Shown here one piece after another: positions 1 through 8,968 of a stretch of DNA of 64,000 bases; position 1 is the first letter of the stretch; each line of letters starts with the position of its first letter. The stretch spans positions 30,094 through 94,093 of the IMG/VR virus record IMGVR_UViG_3300042988_001309; one strand, written 5' to 3'. Both the position numbers and the translations under genes were made by a program. Source of the stretch: a virus. The notes below the pieces were generated by a model that saw only the letters and a program-made list of their open reading frames with translations, had not been told where the DNA came from and searched no databases.

Positions 1-182
1 CGCTCGGTGGCCCCAACGCCAAGTGGAACCGGGTCCTGTGCTGCCAACGGTGCAACGTCCGCAAGAGCGACCAGACCTACGAGGAGTTCACCGGCAAGGA
101 CCAGCTCCCGGTCCAGTGCTGGCGCCACGCCCGCACCACGGCCGAGTTCCTGCTGTTCGCCGATCTGCATCGCCTGGACTGA
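1..182 (+). CDS. HNH endonuclease, C-terminal part (truncated by window start)
   Basis: Frame 3 reads LGGPNAKWNRVLCCQRCNVRKSD...LD*, the GG..N....C..CN..K HNH signature; lies upstream of the terminase genes. Confidence 0.75.
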   Translation, partial: LGGPNAKWNRVLCCQRCNVRKSDQTYEEFTGKDQLPVQCWRHARTTAEFLLFADLHRLD

Positions 183-242
183 TCAGGTCAACCGAGCCTG
201 ACCATCCGCCCCAGCCGTCATCGCCCCGACTGGAGTAGCCCC

Positions 243-518
243 ATGGCGATCCGCACCTTCCGCAAGCGCCCGATCCTCATCGAGGTGGTCCGCTGGACCG
301 GCGACAACCTGGCCGAGTTGGTCGAGTGGGCGGGCGCCCGCAACCTGAGCTACCGCACCGACGCCAACGGCCAGCCGCACCTGCGCGTCAAGGTCCACGC
401 CGAGGAGGACTGGTGCAACTGCCCGGTCGGCCACTACGTGGCCCGAGGGGTCTACGGCGAGTTCTACCCGATCCGGGAGGACATCTTGCACGCCACCTAC
501 GACGAGGTCGACGCCTAG
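243..518 (+). CDS. conserved phage hypothetical protein
   Basis: GGAG RBS; FRKRPILIEVVRWTGDN...GEFYP pattern common in small phage proteins. Confidence 0.75.
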   Translation: MAIRTFRKRPILIEVVRWTGDNLAELVEWAGARNLSYRTDANGQPHLRVKVHAEEDWCNCPVGHYVARGVYGEFYPIREDILHATYDEVDA

Positions 519-602
519 CGGGGTCCTTGAACACCGTCCCCCACAGCGACCAGACTGACTGATACCTACCAGAGATGGTGGTGTGAGAAGCGAGGTGCAG
601 TA

Positions 603-1211
603 GTGGAACGCGACGAGCTGGAACTTGAGGACCCCCTGGAGGGCCTGGAGCCACCCACCGACGCCTGGGGCGCCCCGGACATGAGCGGGCTCACCCCCGT
701 CAAGGCCACCCACCCGAGGGCCGACTGGGTCCGCTTCGATCGCAACCGGCGCAAGCGCTACTTGGACCTGCGCTCCTCCGGCGTGCCGCACTCCCAGGCC
801 GCCAAGATGGTCGGGGTCGGGCGCAACACCATCTGGCGCCACGCCAAGGTCGACCCGTTCTTCGCCGAGGCCGTCAAGCGGGCCGAGGCCAGCGCCGTGG
901 AGATCGTCGAGGACGCCCTGTTCCAAGCGGCCAGCTCCGGCAACGTCACCGCCATGGTGTTCTACCTGGAGCGCCGGGACCCCGCCCGCTGGGGCAAGCC
1001 GGAGAACCGAGGAGTGGTCATCAACGCCACCGCCACTGCGGTGACCGGAGCCCCGGCCAGCGACCCCGAGCGGGTCGACGTGGGCTCGCTCGATCCCCTG
1101 GAGCTGCGCCGCCGGGCCCTGGCCCTGCTCCATGAGGCGGCCGCCGAGCACGACGAGCTGACCTTCGGCGGGGCGATCATCGACACCACCGGCGTCGAGG
1201 TGGCGTCGTGA
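603..1211 (+). CDS. terS: terminase small subunit
   Basis: HTH (SQAAKMVGVGRNTIWRH) followed by VEDALFQAASSGNVTAMVFYLERRDPARWG; position before TerL. Confidence 0.75.
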   Translation: MERDELELEDPLEGLEPPTDAWGAPDMSGLTPVKATHPRADWVRFDRNRRKRYLDLRSSGVPHSQAAKMVGVGRNTIWRHAKVDPFFAEAVKRAEASAVEIVEDALFQAASSGNVTAMVFYLERRDPARWGKPENRGVVINATATAVTGAPASDPERVDVGSLDPLELRRRALALLHEAAAEHDELTFGGAIIDTTGVEVAS

Positions 1212-1402
1212 GCACCCTGGCCTGGACGGCGCTCTACTACGCCGCCGGACCCTGGCGGGAGTTCGTGCTCACCGTGCTGTCCATCACCTTGCTGGTTCTG
1301 CTCGACACGACCGGGCGCATCGAGCGGTTCATGGCCAAGGTGGCCTGGCTGCTCGCGCCGCTGGCTGGCAAGTACCGCCACGGTCTGCACCCCCGCAAGT
1401 GA
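1208..1402 (+). CDS. small membrane protein
   Basis: GTGA overlaps with both neighbours; hydrophobic helix. Confidence 0.6.
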   Translation: MSTLAWTALYYAAGPWREFVLTVLSITLLVLLDTTGRIERFMAKVAWLLAPLAGKYRHGLHPRK

Positions 1403-2919
1403 GCGTCCTGCTCCTGGGGCGGGACCAGCTCGCCGTCATGGAGCGGCGCCTGGAGGTCGAGACCGATCCCGACCGCATCCTGCTGCTCACCGAGACCATC
1501 CGCCGGGAGCGGGCCATTGCCTCGCCGGTGGCGTTCGCCGTTCACGTCACCCGAGGGCTCGCCTCGCCGTACATCCCCTACGAGTGGGTCCGCTACCTCA
1601 ACAGCCACCTGGTCGCCCTGGAGCAACGCAACATCGAGCTGCTCCTGATCGAGGCCCCGGTCCGTCATGGCAAGAGCGAGCTGGTGAGCGTCTACTTCCC
1701 GGCGTGGTATCTGGGCCGCAACCCGGACCATCGGGTGATCCTGGGCGGCCACAACGAGACGTTCGCCTCCCGGTTCGGGCGCCGGACCAGGAACCTGCTG
1801 CGCCAGTGGGGACCGAGCCTGTTCGGGGTGTCGGTGTCGGGGGAGCGCTTCGCCGCCAAGGACTGGAACCTCGGTGGCGTCTGGCGGGGCGGCATGGTGT
1901 CCACCGGCGTGGGCAACCCGCCGACCGGCGCCGGTGGCAACCTGATCGTGCTCGACGACCCGGTCAAGTCCTACGCCGAGGCCTATTCGCCGACCAAGCG
2001 GGAACAGCTCTACGAGTGGTGGCGTGAGGACATCCGCTCACGTTTCGAGCCCGGCGCGGTGTGCGTGATCGTCATGAGCCGCCGTCATGAGGACGACCTG
2101 TCGGGCCGGATCAAGACCGCCGAGCTGGAGGCCCGAGGGGAGATCATCGACGGGCCCCGTGACCGCTGGACGATCCTGCGCCTGCCCGGCCGGGCCGAGG
2201 CCAACGATCCGCTCGGTCGAGCCCCCGGTGAGGCGCTGTGCCCCGAGCGCTACCCGCTCGACTCGTTGCTCAAGCTGGAGCGTTCGATGGGCCCGGTGGC
2301 CTTCTCGGCGATGATCCAGAACGCCCCGGCCCCGGCCGAGGGTCTGTTGTTCAAGATCAACGACTGGCGCTACGCCAAGGCCGCCCCGGCGGGCATCAAC
2401 TGGGTGCGTTGGTGGGACCTCGCCAGCTCGGACCCCTCGGTGTCGTCATCGTCGGACCCGGACTGGACCGTGGGCGTGCTGGTGGGCCGCGACGACAACG
2501 GGGTGATCTGGATCGCCGATGTGGAGCGGTTCCGCCTGGAGCCCGCCGCCCGCGAGAAGCGCATCCGCCTCATCGCCGAGAACGACCTGGCCCGTGGCGT
2601 GAAGCGTCAGGCGCTGCCCCAGGACCCCGGCGAGGGCAAGACGACCGGCCGTCATTACATCGCCAACGTGTTCGGCCCGCTCGGGGTGTACGCCAAGGCC
2701 TACCCGGTGAAGGGCTCCAAGGGAGAGCGCGCTGGCCCCTACGCCGGACAACAGGGCGCCAACAACGTGGTGCTGGTGATCGCGGGGTGGAACGAGGTGT
2801 TCACCAAAGAGCACCGGGACTTCCCCAACGGCTCGCACGACGACCAGGTGGACGCCGCCGCCATGGGGGTGCAGGACGTGCTCGGTCTGCTCGGTGGTCG
2901 AGCCCGCCTGGTGCTCTGA
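1399..2919 (+). CDS. terL: terminase large subunit
   Basis: Walker A APVRHGKS, Walker B LIVLDDP, nuclease motifs WDLA and HDDQVDA. Confidence 0.95.
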   Translation: MSVLLLGRDQLAVMERRLEVETDPDRILLLTETIRRERAIASPVAFAVHVTRGLASPYIPYEWVRYLNSHLVALEQRNIELLLIEAPVRHGKSELVSVYFPAWYLGRNPDHRVILGGHNETFASRFGRRTRNLLRQWGPSLFGVSVSGERFAAKDWNLGGVWRGGMVSTGVGNPPTGAGGNLIVLDDPVKSYAEAYSPTKREQLYEWWREDIRSRFEPGAVCVIVMSRRHEDDLSGRIKTAELEARGEIIDGPRDRWTILRLPGRAEANDPLGRAPGEALCPERYPLDSLLKLERSMGPVAFSAMIQNAPAPAEGLLFKINDWRYAKAAPAGINWVRWWDLASSDPSVSSSSDPDWTVGVLVGRDDNGVIWIADVERFRLEPAAREKRIRLIAENDLARGVKRQALPQDPGEGKTTGRHYIANVFGPLGVYAKAYPVKGSKGERAGPYAGQQGANNVVLVIAGWNEVFTKEHRDFPNGSHDDQVDAAAMGVQDVLGLLGGRARLVL

Positions 2920-2930
2920 CCCTCCGAGGG

Positions 2931-2964
2931 TCTGGTCAAGCCGACTTGACTCGTCGGTTATAAT
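2931..2964 (+). promoter_or_regulatory. palindromic operator-like site plus TATAAT
   Basis: TCTGGTCAAG-ccga-CTTGACTCGT; TATAAT at 2959-2964 (only 7 nt from TTGACT, so the spacing is non-canonical). Confidence 0.55.
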
Positions 2965-3005
2965 GGAACCAGGACGGGGGACCGCCCCGTCGAGAGGAGT
3001 TCCAG

Positions 3006-3359
3006 ATGCCAGCCCAGACCAAGCCCAGGACCACGGTGATCACGGTCGCCGAGTTACAGCCCGGCGATACGTTCCGCCTGATCGAGTCGAGCGTGACGGT
3101 CGATGCCTTCGGCACCGGCGCTCGCGCTGCACAGGAGAAGGTGTTGGTGGGCCGGTGCGAGTCGGCGACGTTGGTGGACAACGACGACAGCTACTACGTG
3201 ACGTGCCCCGACGCGGGCCCTCGCGTCCGGCTCGACTTCCAGCTCGTCCGCCAGCTCGACGACGAGGCGCGCCGGGTCGCCATCGGCCGCCACCCGCTGG
3301 TGGTCCCCACCCGCACCCGTTACCTGCGCCCCACCGACCTGGTGACCAAGGTCCTGTGA
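3006..3359 (+). CDS. hypothetical protein
   Basis: GAGGAG RBS, high-GC3 codon usage. Confidence 0.7.
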   Translation: MPAQTKPRTTVITVAELQPGDTFRLIESSVTVDAFGTGARAAQEKVLVGRCESATLVDNDDSYYVTCPDAGPRVRLDFQLVRQLDDEARRVAIGRHPLVVPTRTRYLRPTDLVTKVL

Positions 3360-3374
3360 AGTCCCATCAGAGAA

Positions 3375-3419
3375 TCTGGTCAAAGTGACTTGACCCGTAA
3401 TCTAACCCGTGACTATGGT
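3375..3419 (+). promoter_or_regulatory. operator-overlapped sigma70-type promoter
   Basis: TCTGGTCAAA-gtga-CTTGACC; -35 TTGACC 3390-3395, 18-nt spacer, -10 TATGGT 3414-3419. Confidence 0.7.
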
Positions 3420-3461
3420 TTGGCCACGGGGCACTTCCCACCCCAACCCGAGAGGAGCAAC

Positions 3462-3923
3462 ATGAACCCGACCATCACCCGCTGGAGCTTCGACTCCGAC
3501 TGCGGCCACCTGGCCATCGACCTGAGCGACGAGGTGTTCGGCCACATCGGCCGCTACCGGCTCTCCACCAAGGCCCTCCGCCACACCGGCCGCTGGACCC
3601 GCGTCAGTCGCGACGCCACCCGCACCATCTATAACCCCGAGCTGATCGACATCCTCGATCGCATCGTGTCGGCCCACCCGGTGGCCAACCTGGTCGCCGC
3701 CGACTCGACGCTCACCGCCCTCGCCGTGGCCTACCCGCCCGAGACCTTCGACGCCGTGGACGCCGCCCTCGCCGCCGAGGAAGCCGCCGAGGCCGCTGCT
3801 CGCATGGCCGACGCCATCGACGAGGCCGACTTCGCCCTCGCTGCCGAGGAAGCCGCCGACCCCGCCTGGGCCGCCGAGGCCGCCGAGGTCGCCGCTGCTC
3901 AAGCTGCCGAACCCACCGCCTGA
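3462..3923 (+). CDS. hypothetical protein with acidic Ala/Glu-rich C-terminus
   Basis: AGAGGAG RBS before ATG 3462. Confidence 0.7.
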   Translation: MNPTITRWSFDSDCGHLAIDLSDEVFGHIGRYRLSTKALRHTGRWTRVSRDATRTIYNPELIDILDRIVSAHPVANLVAADSTLTALAVAYPPETFDAVDAALAAEEAAEAAARMADAIDEADFALAAEEAADPAWAAEAAEVAAAQAAEPTA

Positions 3924-3940
3924 CCCCAACGGAACGTCCC

Positions 3941-4297
3941 ATGCCTCACGTAACTGATCAACCGAGCTTGACCAGCCTTGTCGAACCAGCCCGGCTCAAG
4001 CTGGCCATGCACCGGGTCCTGGTCGAGGCCGTGCGGGAGGTCGACGATGCCCGCCAACGCATCGTCGCCCTCGCCGACGACCTGGCCGATCAACCCGCCG
4101 ACGCCGACCTGCGCGCCGCCGCTGCGCTCGACGAGGCCGCCGCCCAGTTGGCCCTGTGGTCACTGCGCCGCCTCGCCGCCCAGCGCCTGCTCGCCATCTG
4201 GCCCAACGTGATCGACACCCTCAACATGGACGACCCTGCCAGCGGGGTCGCCTGGGTCATCGAGCGCCTGCTCGCCGCCAAGGCGGTGACCCGATGA
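3941..4297 (+). CDS. hypothetical protein
   Basis: ORF in operon, ATGA overlap with next gene. Confidence 0.6.
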   Translation: MPHVTDQPSLTSLVEPARLKLAMHRVLVEAVREVDDARQRIVALADDLADQPADADLRAAAALDEAAAQLALWSLRRLAAQRLLAIWPNVIDTLNMDDPASGVAWVIERLLAAKAVTR

Positions 4298-5487
4298 GCG
4301 ACACCCACATTCGCCGAGAGGTCGACGCCATCATCGCCGAGGCCAACCGTAAGGACGGCTGGACGGTCAAGCGCAACAAGGCCTCCATCACCCTGCTCGG
4401 CCCCGACGGCGTCCGAGTCGTCATGGCCCTCACCCCGAGCGACTGGCGCTCGATCCGCAACACCCGCGCCTACCTGCGCCGGGCTGGCTTCTACGGCCCG
4501 TGCAATGCCCGCGACGCCGAGGTTGTCGACGTGGATCTCGTCGTCCCCGCCATCACCGACCAGGCCGAGGCCCTCGGCATGAGCCCGATCGACTACGTCG
4601 CCGACATGGCCTCCCACAACGTGGTCGTCGGCAACGAGCACATGGTCGCCAAGGTCATCGAGACCCAGATCCTCGACCACGCCTACCTCGACCCCCTCAC
4701 CATGCGCGCCGAGGAAGCCGCCGCCAAGCGGCGCGCCGAGCGCACCCCCGAACCCGATCCCATCACCTCACCGGAGGAACCCGTGTCCATGCCCATCCCC
4801 ACCGAGCCCACCCCCACCCTGAGAGACGCCCTGCTCGCCCACGTCAACACCGCCGGGCACCCGGTCACCATCGACGACGCCGTGGCTCTGTTCCCCGACA
4901 ACCCGCCCGCCTCGGTCGGCTCGACCCTCAACTACCTGGCCCGCACCAACCAGCTCCGCCGGATCGGCCGGGGCCTGTACGTGTCGCTGGACGCCCCCGA
5001 GCTGCCTCTCACCACCCGCGAGCGGGGCGCCGCCCGCAAGGTCATGGTCGCCCTGCGCGACGCCGACGGGCCCCTCATGGCCGAGGAGCTGGCGACGGCC
5101 ACCGGGCTCACCCGGGACAAGGTCATGCGAGCCACCAACTACCTGGTCAACCTCGGCCAGATCCGCCGCCTCATCACCGGGATGTTTGAGTTCGTCGAGA
5201 CCACCGGCCACATCGAGCACGACGGTGTCGTGGCCCACCAGTTCACCGAGCCCGAGGCGCCGGTGGCCACCGTGACCCAGATCCACCCGGCCGCCATGGC
5301 CCACCCCGCCTTCGGAGCCCCCGAGGCCGTCATCGAGCCCGAGGCCAAGGCCCCGGTGAGCGCCAGCGACGCCCTGGCCCTGCTGGAACTGATCGTGCCC
5401 TCCGGCTCGATCAAGATCACCCACCTCGGCCTGGTCAACGACTGGGTCGCCGCCACCCAGAACCTGCTCAACGCCCTGGCCCAATGA
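4294..5487 (+). CDS. HicA-like N-terminal domain fused to two winged-HTH domains
   Basis: GWTVKR...GPDG..VVMALTPSDWRSIRNTRAYLRRAG; wHTH segments ending QLRRIGRGLY and GQIRRLITGMF. Confidence 0.55.
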   Translation: MSDTHIRREVDAIIAEANRKDGWTVKRNKASITLLGPDGVRVVMALTPSDWRSIRNTRAYLRRAGFYGPCNARDAEVVDVDLVVPAITDQAEALGMSPIDYVADMASHNVVVGNEHMVAKVIETQILDHAYLDPLTMRAEEAAAKRRAERTPEPDPITSPEEPVSMPIPTEPTPTLRDALLAHVNTAGHPVTIDDAVALFPDNPPASVGSTLNYLARTNQLRRIGRGLYVSLDAPELPLTTRERGAARKVMVALRDADGPLMAEELATATGLTRDKVMRATNYLVNLGQIRRLITGMFEFVETTGHIEHDGVVAHQFTEPEAPVATVTQIHPAAMAHPAFGAPEAVIEPEAKAPVSASDALALLELIVPSGSIKITHLGLVNDWVAATQNLLNALAQ

Positions 5488-5705
5488 CCGCCACCGCCGT
5501 GCCCCTGCCGGGCATGGAGCCGGAGTTCGTGCGCTGGAAGGGCCGGGTCTACCGAGTCAAGGGGACCTGGCCCGACGGCTCCATCAGTCTCTGGGGCCCC
5601 ATCGACGACCCCCACGCCCGCTACCGCGCCGCCAAGCCCGACGACGTGCGCCCCGCCAAAGAACCCGCCACCCGACCCTCCAAGACCGCAAGGACCCTCT
5701 CATGA
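5484..5705 (+). CDS. hypothetical protein
   Basis: ATGA-coupled ORF. Confidence 0.6.
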   Translation: MTATAVPLPGMEPEFVRWKGRVYRVKGTWPDGSISLWGPIDDPHARYRAAKPDDVRPAKEPATRPSKTARTLS

Positions 5706-5950
5706 TCCTCGACCTCACCCCCGCCAACTTCGTCGTCTCCCACGACGGCCTGTCGGCCCTCAACCCCCTCCACATCACCCGCCTCACCGTGGAGTCCGAC
5801 AAGATGAACCGGGTCGGCGGTGGCTACCTGGTGCGCGCCTACCTGACCCCGGCCAGCGTGAGCGAGTTGAAGTTCGTGCCCCACACCCTCGGCGTGTTCG
5901 ACACCGAGGACAAGGCACGCGACTACCTCGACGAACTGCTCGGAGCGTGA
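5702..5950 (+). CDS. hypothetical protein
   Basis: ATGA-coupled ORF. Confidence 0.6.
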   Translation: MILDLTPANFVVSHDGLSALNPLHITRLTVESDKMNRVGGGYLVRAYLTPASVSELKFVPHTLGVFDTEDKARDYLDELLGA

Positions 5951-5953
5951 ACC

Positions 5954-6487
5954 GTGGGCGTCATCGTCACCCAGAACGCCTACGAGCACCACATCGACGG
6001 CCAGCTCCACGCCCTGCGGGTCCGCTCCCGCGGGGCGCTGGGGGAGTGGAGCCCCGATGTCACCTACGGCCCGCCCGAGTGGGCCCTCGACGCCGCCTGT
6101 GCCGGGCGGGTCGACCCCGACGATCTGGTGCTCAACACCCTGCTCGGCCAGCCCGGCCAACGTACCCAGCTCTACAAGATGGCCCAGTGCGCCAAGGACT
6201 ACTGCGCCCGCTGCCCGGTGACCATCGACTGTGAGCGCCACGGGGCCCGTCATGGCGACGCCGGGCTCTACGGCGGACGCATCCGCCGGGTCCCGGTGGA
6301 CACTGCGGCATCGCTGGCGCTCTATCGCCGCCGCCTGGGCGAGGCGTGCGATCCCGACGACGGCCAGAACGCTCGACGCATCGAGACCGACGAGATGATG
6401 GCCCTCGTCGATGCCAAGCCGGGCGTGCCCCGCCCGCACCGCCGGGTAGCGATGCCCGAGGACGAGTCCATCCCCCTGGCACAATGA
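5954..6487 (+). CDS. whiB: WhiB-family transcription factor
   Basis: AACAG...AKDYCARCPVTIDC...GLYGG: four Cys plus a G(V/L)(W/Y)GG turn. Confidence 0.75.
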   Translation: MGVIVTQNAYEHHIDGQLHALRVRSRGALGEWSPDVTYGPPEWALDAACAGRVDPDDLVLNTLLGQPGQRTQLYKMAQCAKDYCARCPVTIDCERHGARHGDAGLYGGRIRRVPVDTAASLALYRRRLGEACDPDDGQNARRIETDEMMALVDAKPGVPRPHRRVAMPEDESIPLAQ

Positions 6488-6494
6488 CCAGTCC

Positions 6495-6986
6495 ATGACG
6501 GCGCCCCCGGGCTTCAACCCTTGGCTCGATCTGCTGGAGCAGGCCGACGGCGACCTCGCCGCCATCGACCCCGGCGCGGCGGCCGCGGCCATGCTGGAGA
6601 TCATCACCGCCGGGGCGAACCCCGAGCGGCTCCTGGCCGAGGCCCGCGTGGCGTGGTCGGTGGCTCAAGGCGACGAGACCCCGAGGCCCGCCACCCGGGG
6701 TCTCACCCGCCTGGTCCGCTCGATCCCCGACCCCCTCGGCCCGGCCCCGGCCCGCCGCCTGCTCGACCGCATCACCGAGACCCGGGCCGTCATGCGCCAG
6801 CTCCTGCTCCAGCTCGACGCCCTCGCCGCCCCGCTCGACGACTGGATCACCGGCGACCCGGCCACGGCCAGCGATGAGCTGGAGGCCCTTGACCTCATCG
6901 ACGAGCGCTCGTTCCTGGAGGGCAAGATCGCCGAGGCCGCCGCCCCCGCCCTGGCCGAGCTTGAACGTCTGATCGCCCTGCTGTAG
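6495..6986 (+). CDS. hypothetical helical protein
   Basis: ORF with high GC3. Confidence 0.6.
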   Translation: MTAPPGFNPWLDLLEQADGDLAAIDPGAAAAAMLEIITAGANPERLLAEARVAWSVAQGDETPRPATRGLTRLVRSIPDPLGPAPARRLLDRITETRAVMRQLLLQLDALAAPLDDWITGDPATASDELEALDLIDERSFLEGKIAEAAAPALAELERLIALL

Positions 6987-7034
6987 TCCCGACGATCATC
7001 TGCGCCACTGGTAAATCGCACCTACCCTGGTGGC

Positions 7035-7313
7035 ATGGTGCAGGACCGGGGTGCTGACCCCAACGACCTGCCCGAGGACAACGTCAAGACCACGTCACGC
7101 GAGCCATTCATGGTCCGCTTCGCCGTGGCCTTCTCCGACGCTGACCGACGGGCATCACTGGCGATCATGGCGCTGTTCGCCGCCGTCATCGCCTTGGCCA
7201 CCGGCGGCTTCCTCATCAGTCCACCCGTAGGCGCGTTCTGTCTCGCCGCCGGGCTCGGACTGGTCGCCCTGGCGTTCGGCCGCACCGACACCGAACCCGA
7301 GGAGGGTGACTGA
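7035..7313 (+). CDS. small 2-TM membrane protein preceding portal
   Basis: two hydrophobic helices; TGATG overlap with portal; leaderless -10 TACCCT at 7023. Confidence 0.7.
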   Translation: MVQDRGADPNDLPEDNVKTTSREPFMVRFAVAFSDADRRASLAIMALFAAVIALATGGFLISPPVGAFCLAAGLGLVALAFGRTDTEPEEGD

Positions 7314-8968
7314 TGGGCTTTGGCCAGTCCCGCAAAGCACGTAGCTCGACCGTGCCGACCTCCACCCAACGTCCCAGCCCGTACCCGGTCATGCCCGGCC
7401 GCGCGGGCCAGCCCTACCGCGACTCCTGGGACATGAACCGGGCCGTCGACTACGGCCTCAACAGGTCCATCTGGGTGTACCGGGCCATCAACGCCATCGC
7501 CACCAACCAGGCCCGCCTGCCCATGGTGGCCCGCAAGGGCGACTGGATCGCCGGGCCCGAGCTGCGCGTCGGCGCCACCCGCGACATTCTCAAGCTCCTC
7601 AACTACCAGGCCAACCCCAACGAGCACGCCACGGCGATCTTCCGCAAGCGGCTCACCCAGATCCTGCTGCTCAACCGCCAGGGCGTCATGATCGAGATCA
7701 TCCGCGACCGGGCCGGACGGCCGCTCGCGCTCTACATCCTGCCCCCGGGCTACACCCACCCGATCCCCGACGAGCGCACCTTCGTGTCGGGCTTCCGGGT
7801 CTGGTTCCCCGGCAAGAGCTTCGTGGACCTCCCGCCCGAGAACGTCATCTGGATCAGGGAACCGCACCCCACCGACCCCTACCTGGGCATCACCCCGCTG
7901 GAGGCGGCCGGAATCAACGTCGAGATGGACTACTACAGCCGTCTCTACAACCGGAACTTCCTGGCCAACGACATGCGCCCCGGCGGCATCTTGGTGCTCA
8001 AGGGCCACATGGACGACGCGGATGCCGACGAGCTGCGCCGCCGGTTCTCCGGCTACGGGCCCGGCTACGCCGGTGCTGGGCGCCTCACCGCCATCGAGTC
8101 CGACCAGGGCGCCGACTTCGTCGACACCGGCGCTGCCCCGCGCGACGGCCACTACCTCCAGCTCGACCGGCTCACCCGCGAGTCGATCCTGCTGGCCTTC
8201 GGCGTGCCCGAGTCGATCGCCGGGAACGCCAGCGGCCGCACCTTCGCCAACGCCGATGCCGAGAAGGAAATCTTCTGGCAAGAGACGATGCTCCCGCACC
8301 TCGACATGATCGCCCGAGGCTTCGACCGGCTCATCGACGACGACCCCGAGCACTTCGCCAGCTACGACTTCACCTCGGTGCCGATCCTGGAGCGCTACAA
8401 GCGCGAGGCGGCCGCCGCCCTCAAGGGCGAGCACGATGCCGGGCTCATCAGTGTGGACGAGTACCGGGAAGGCACTGGACGCAAGGCCGTGGGCCACAGC
8501 AAGCTCTACATCGGTCAGGGCCAGACCGCCGTCATCGACGTGGCCAAGCCCTTCCAACCGCTGGAGGACCCCGCCGCTGGCGCCGGTGGCGAGGACCCGA
8601 TGGCGGGCCTGGGCGCCCCCGCTGAACCCTTCGGAGCACCGGACTCCGCTGGTGCCGGGGAACTGCCAGGGTCGCCCTCCGCGTCGTTGCCCGGCGACGG
8701 GGGGGACCCCATGGGCCCCACCCCCCAGCCCGAGCAGGACCCCGCCGGGGCCGATGCGCCGCCGTCATCGCCGGACCCCTACTGGTCCCAGGTGGCGACC
8801 GAGGCCGCCAACCCGGCCCCCGGCACGCCCGAGTGGTGGGCCGCCTACGACTCGATGTTTGAGCGCGACGAGGCCAAGAGCTTGGAGCCCATCCCGGTGC
8901 GCCAGCTCAAGGCCGCGCCCGTGCTCCCCGCCCCGAGGGAGGATCTGTGGACGACGCTGCCTGGGTAG
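7313..8968 (+). CDS. portal protein (HK97 family) with Pro/Asp-rich C-terminal extension
   Basis: WVYRAINAIA, LLNYQANP, YLGITPLEAA, NDMRPGGIL, ILLAFGVPES, TFANA, LISVDEYR motifs. Confidence 0.9.
   Translation: MGFGQSRKARSSTVPTSTQRPSPYPVMPGRAGQPYRDSWDMNRAVDYGLNRSIWVYRAINAIATNQARLPMVARKGDWIAGPELRVGATRDILKLLNYQANPNEHATAIFRKRLTQILLLNRQGVMIEIIRDRAGRPLALYILPPGYTHPIPDERTFVSGFRVWFPGKSFVDLPPENVIWIREPHPTDPYLGITPLEAAGINVEMDYYSRLYNRNFLANDMRPGGILVLKGHMDDADADELRRRFSGYGPGYAGAGRLTAIESDQGADFVDTGAAPRDGHYLQLDRLTRESILLAFGVPESIAGNASGRTFANADAEKEIFWQETMLPHLDMIARGFDRLIDDDPEHFASYDFTSVPILERYKREAAAALKGEHDAGLISVDEYREGTGRKAVGHSKLYIGQGQTAVIDVAKPFQPLEDPAAGAGGEDPMAGLGAPAEPFGAPDSAGAGELPGSPSASLPGDGGDPMGPTPQPEQDPAGADAPPSSPDPYWSQVATEAANPAPGTPEWWAAYDSMFERDEAKSLEPIPVRQLKAAPVLPAPREDLWTTLPG

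Noticed and set aside
3390-4293. ORF-track starts at 3390 and 4156
   Set aside because: 3390 TTG is the -35 box and ATG 3462 has an RBS; 4156 overlaps the previous gene, whereas ATG 4294 is ATGA-coupled
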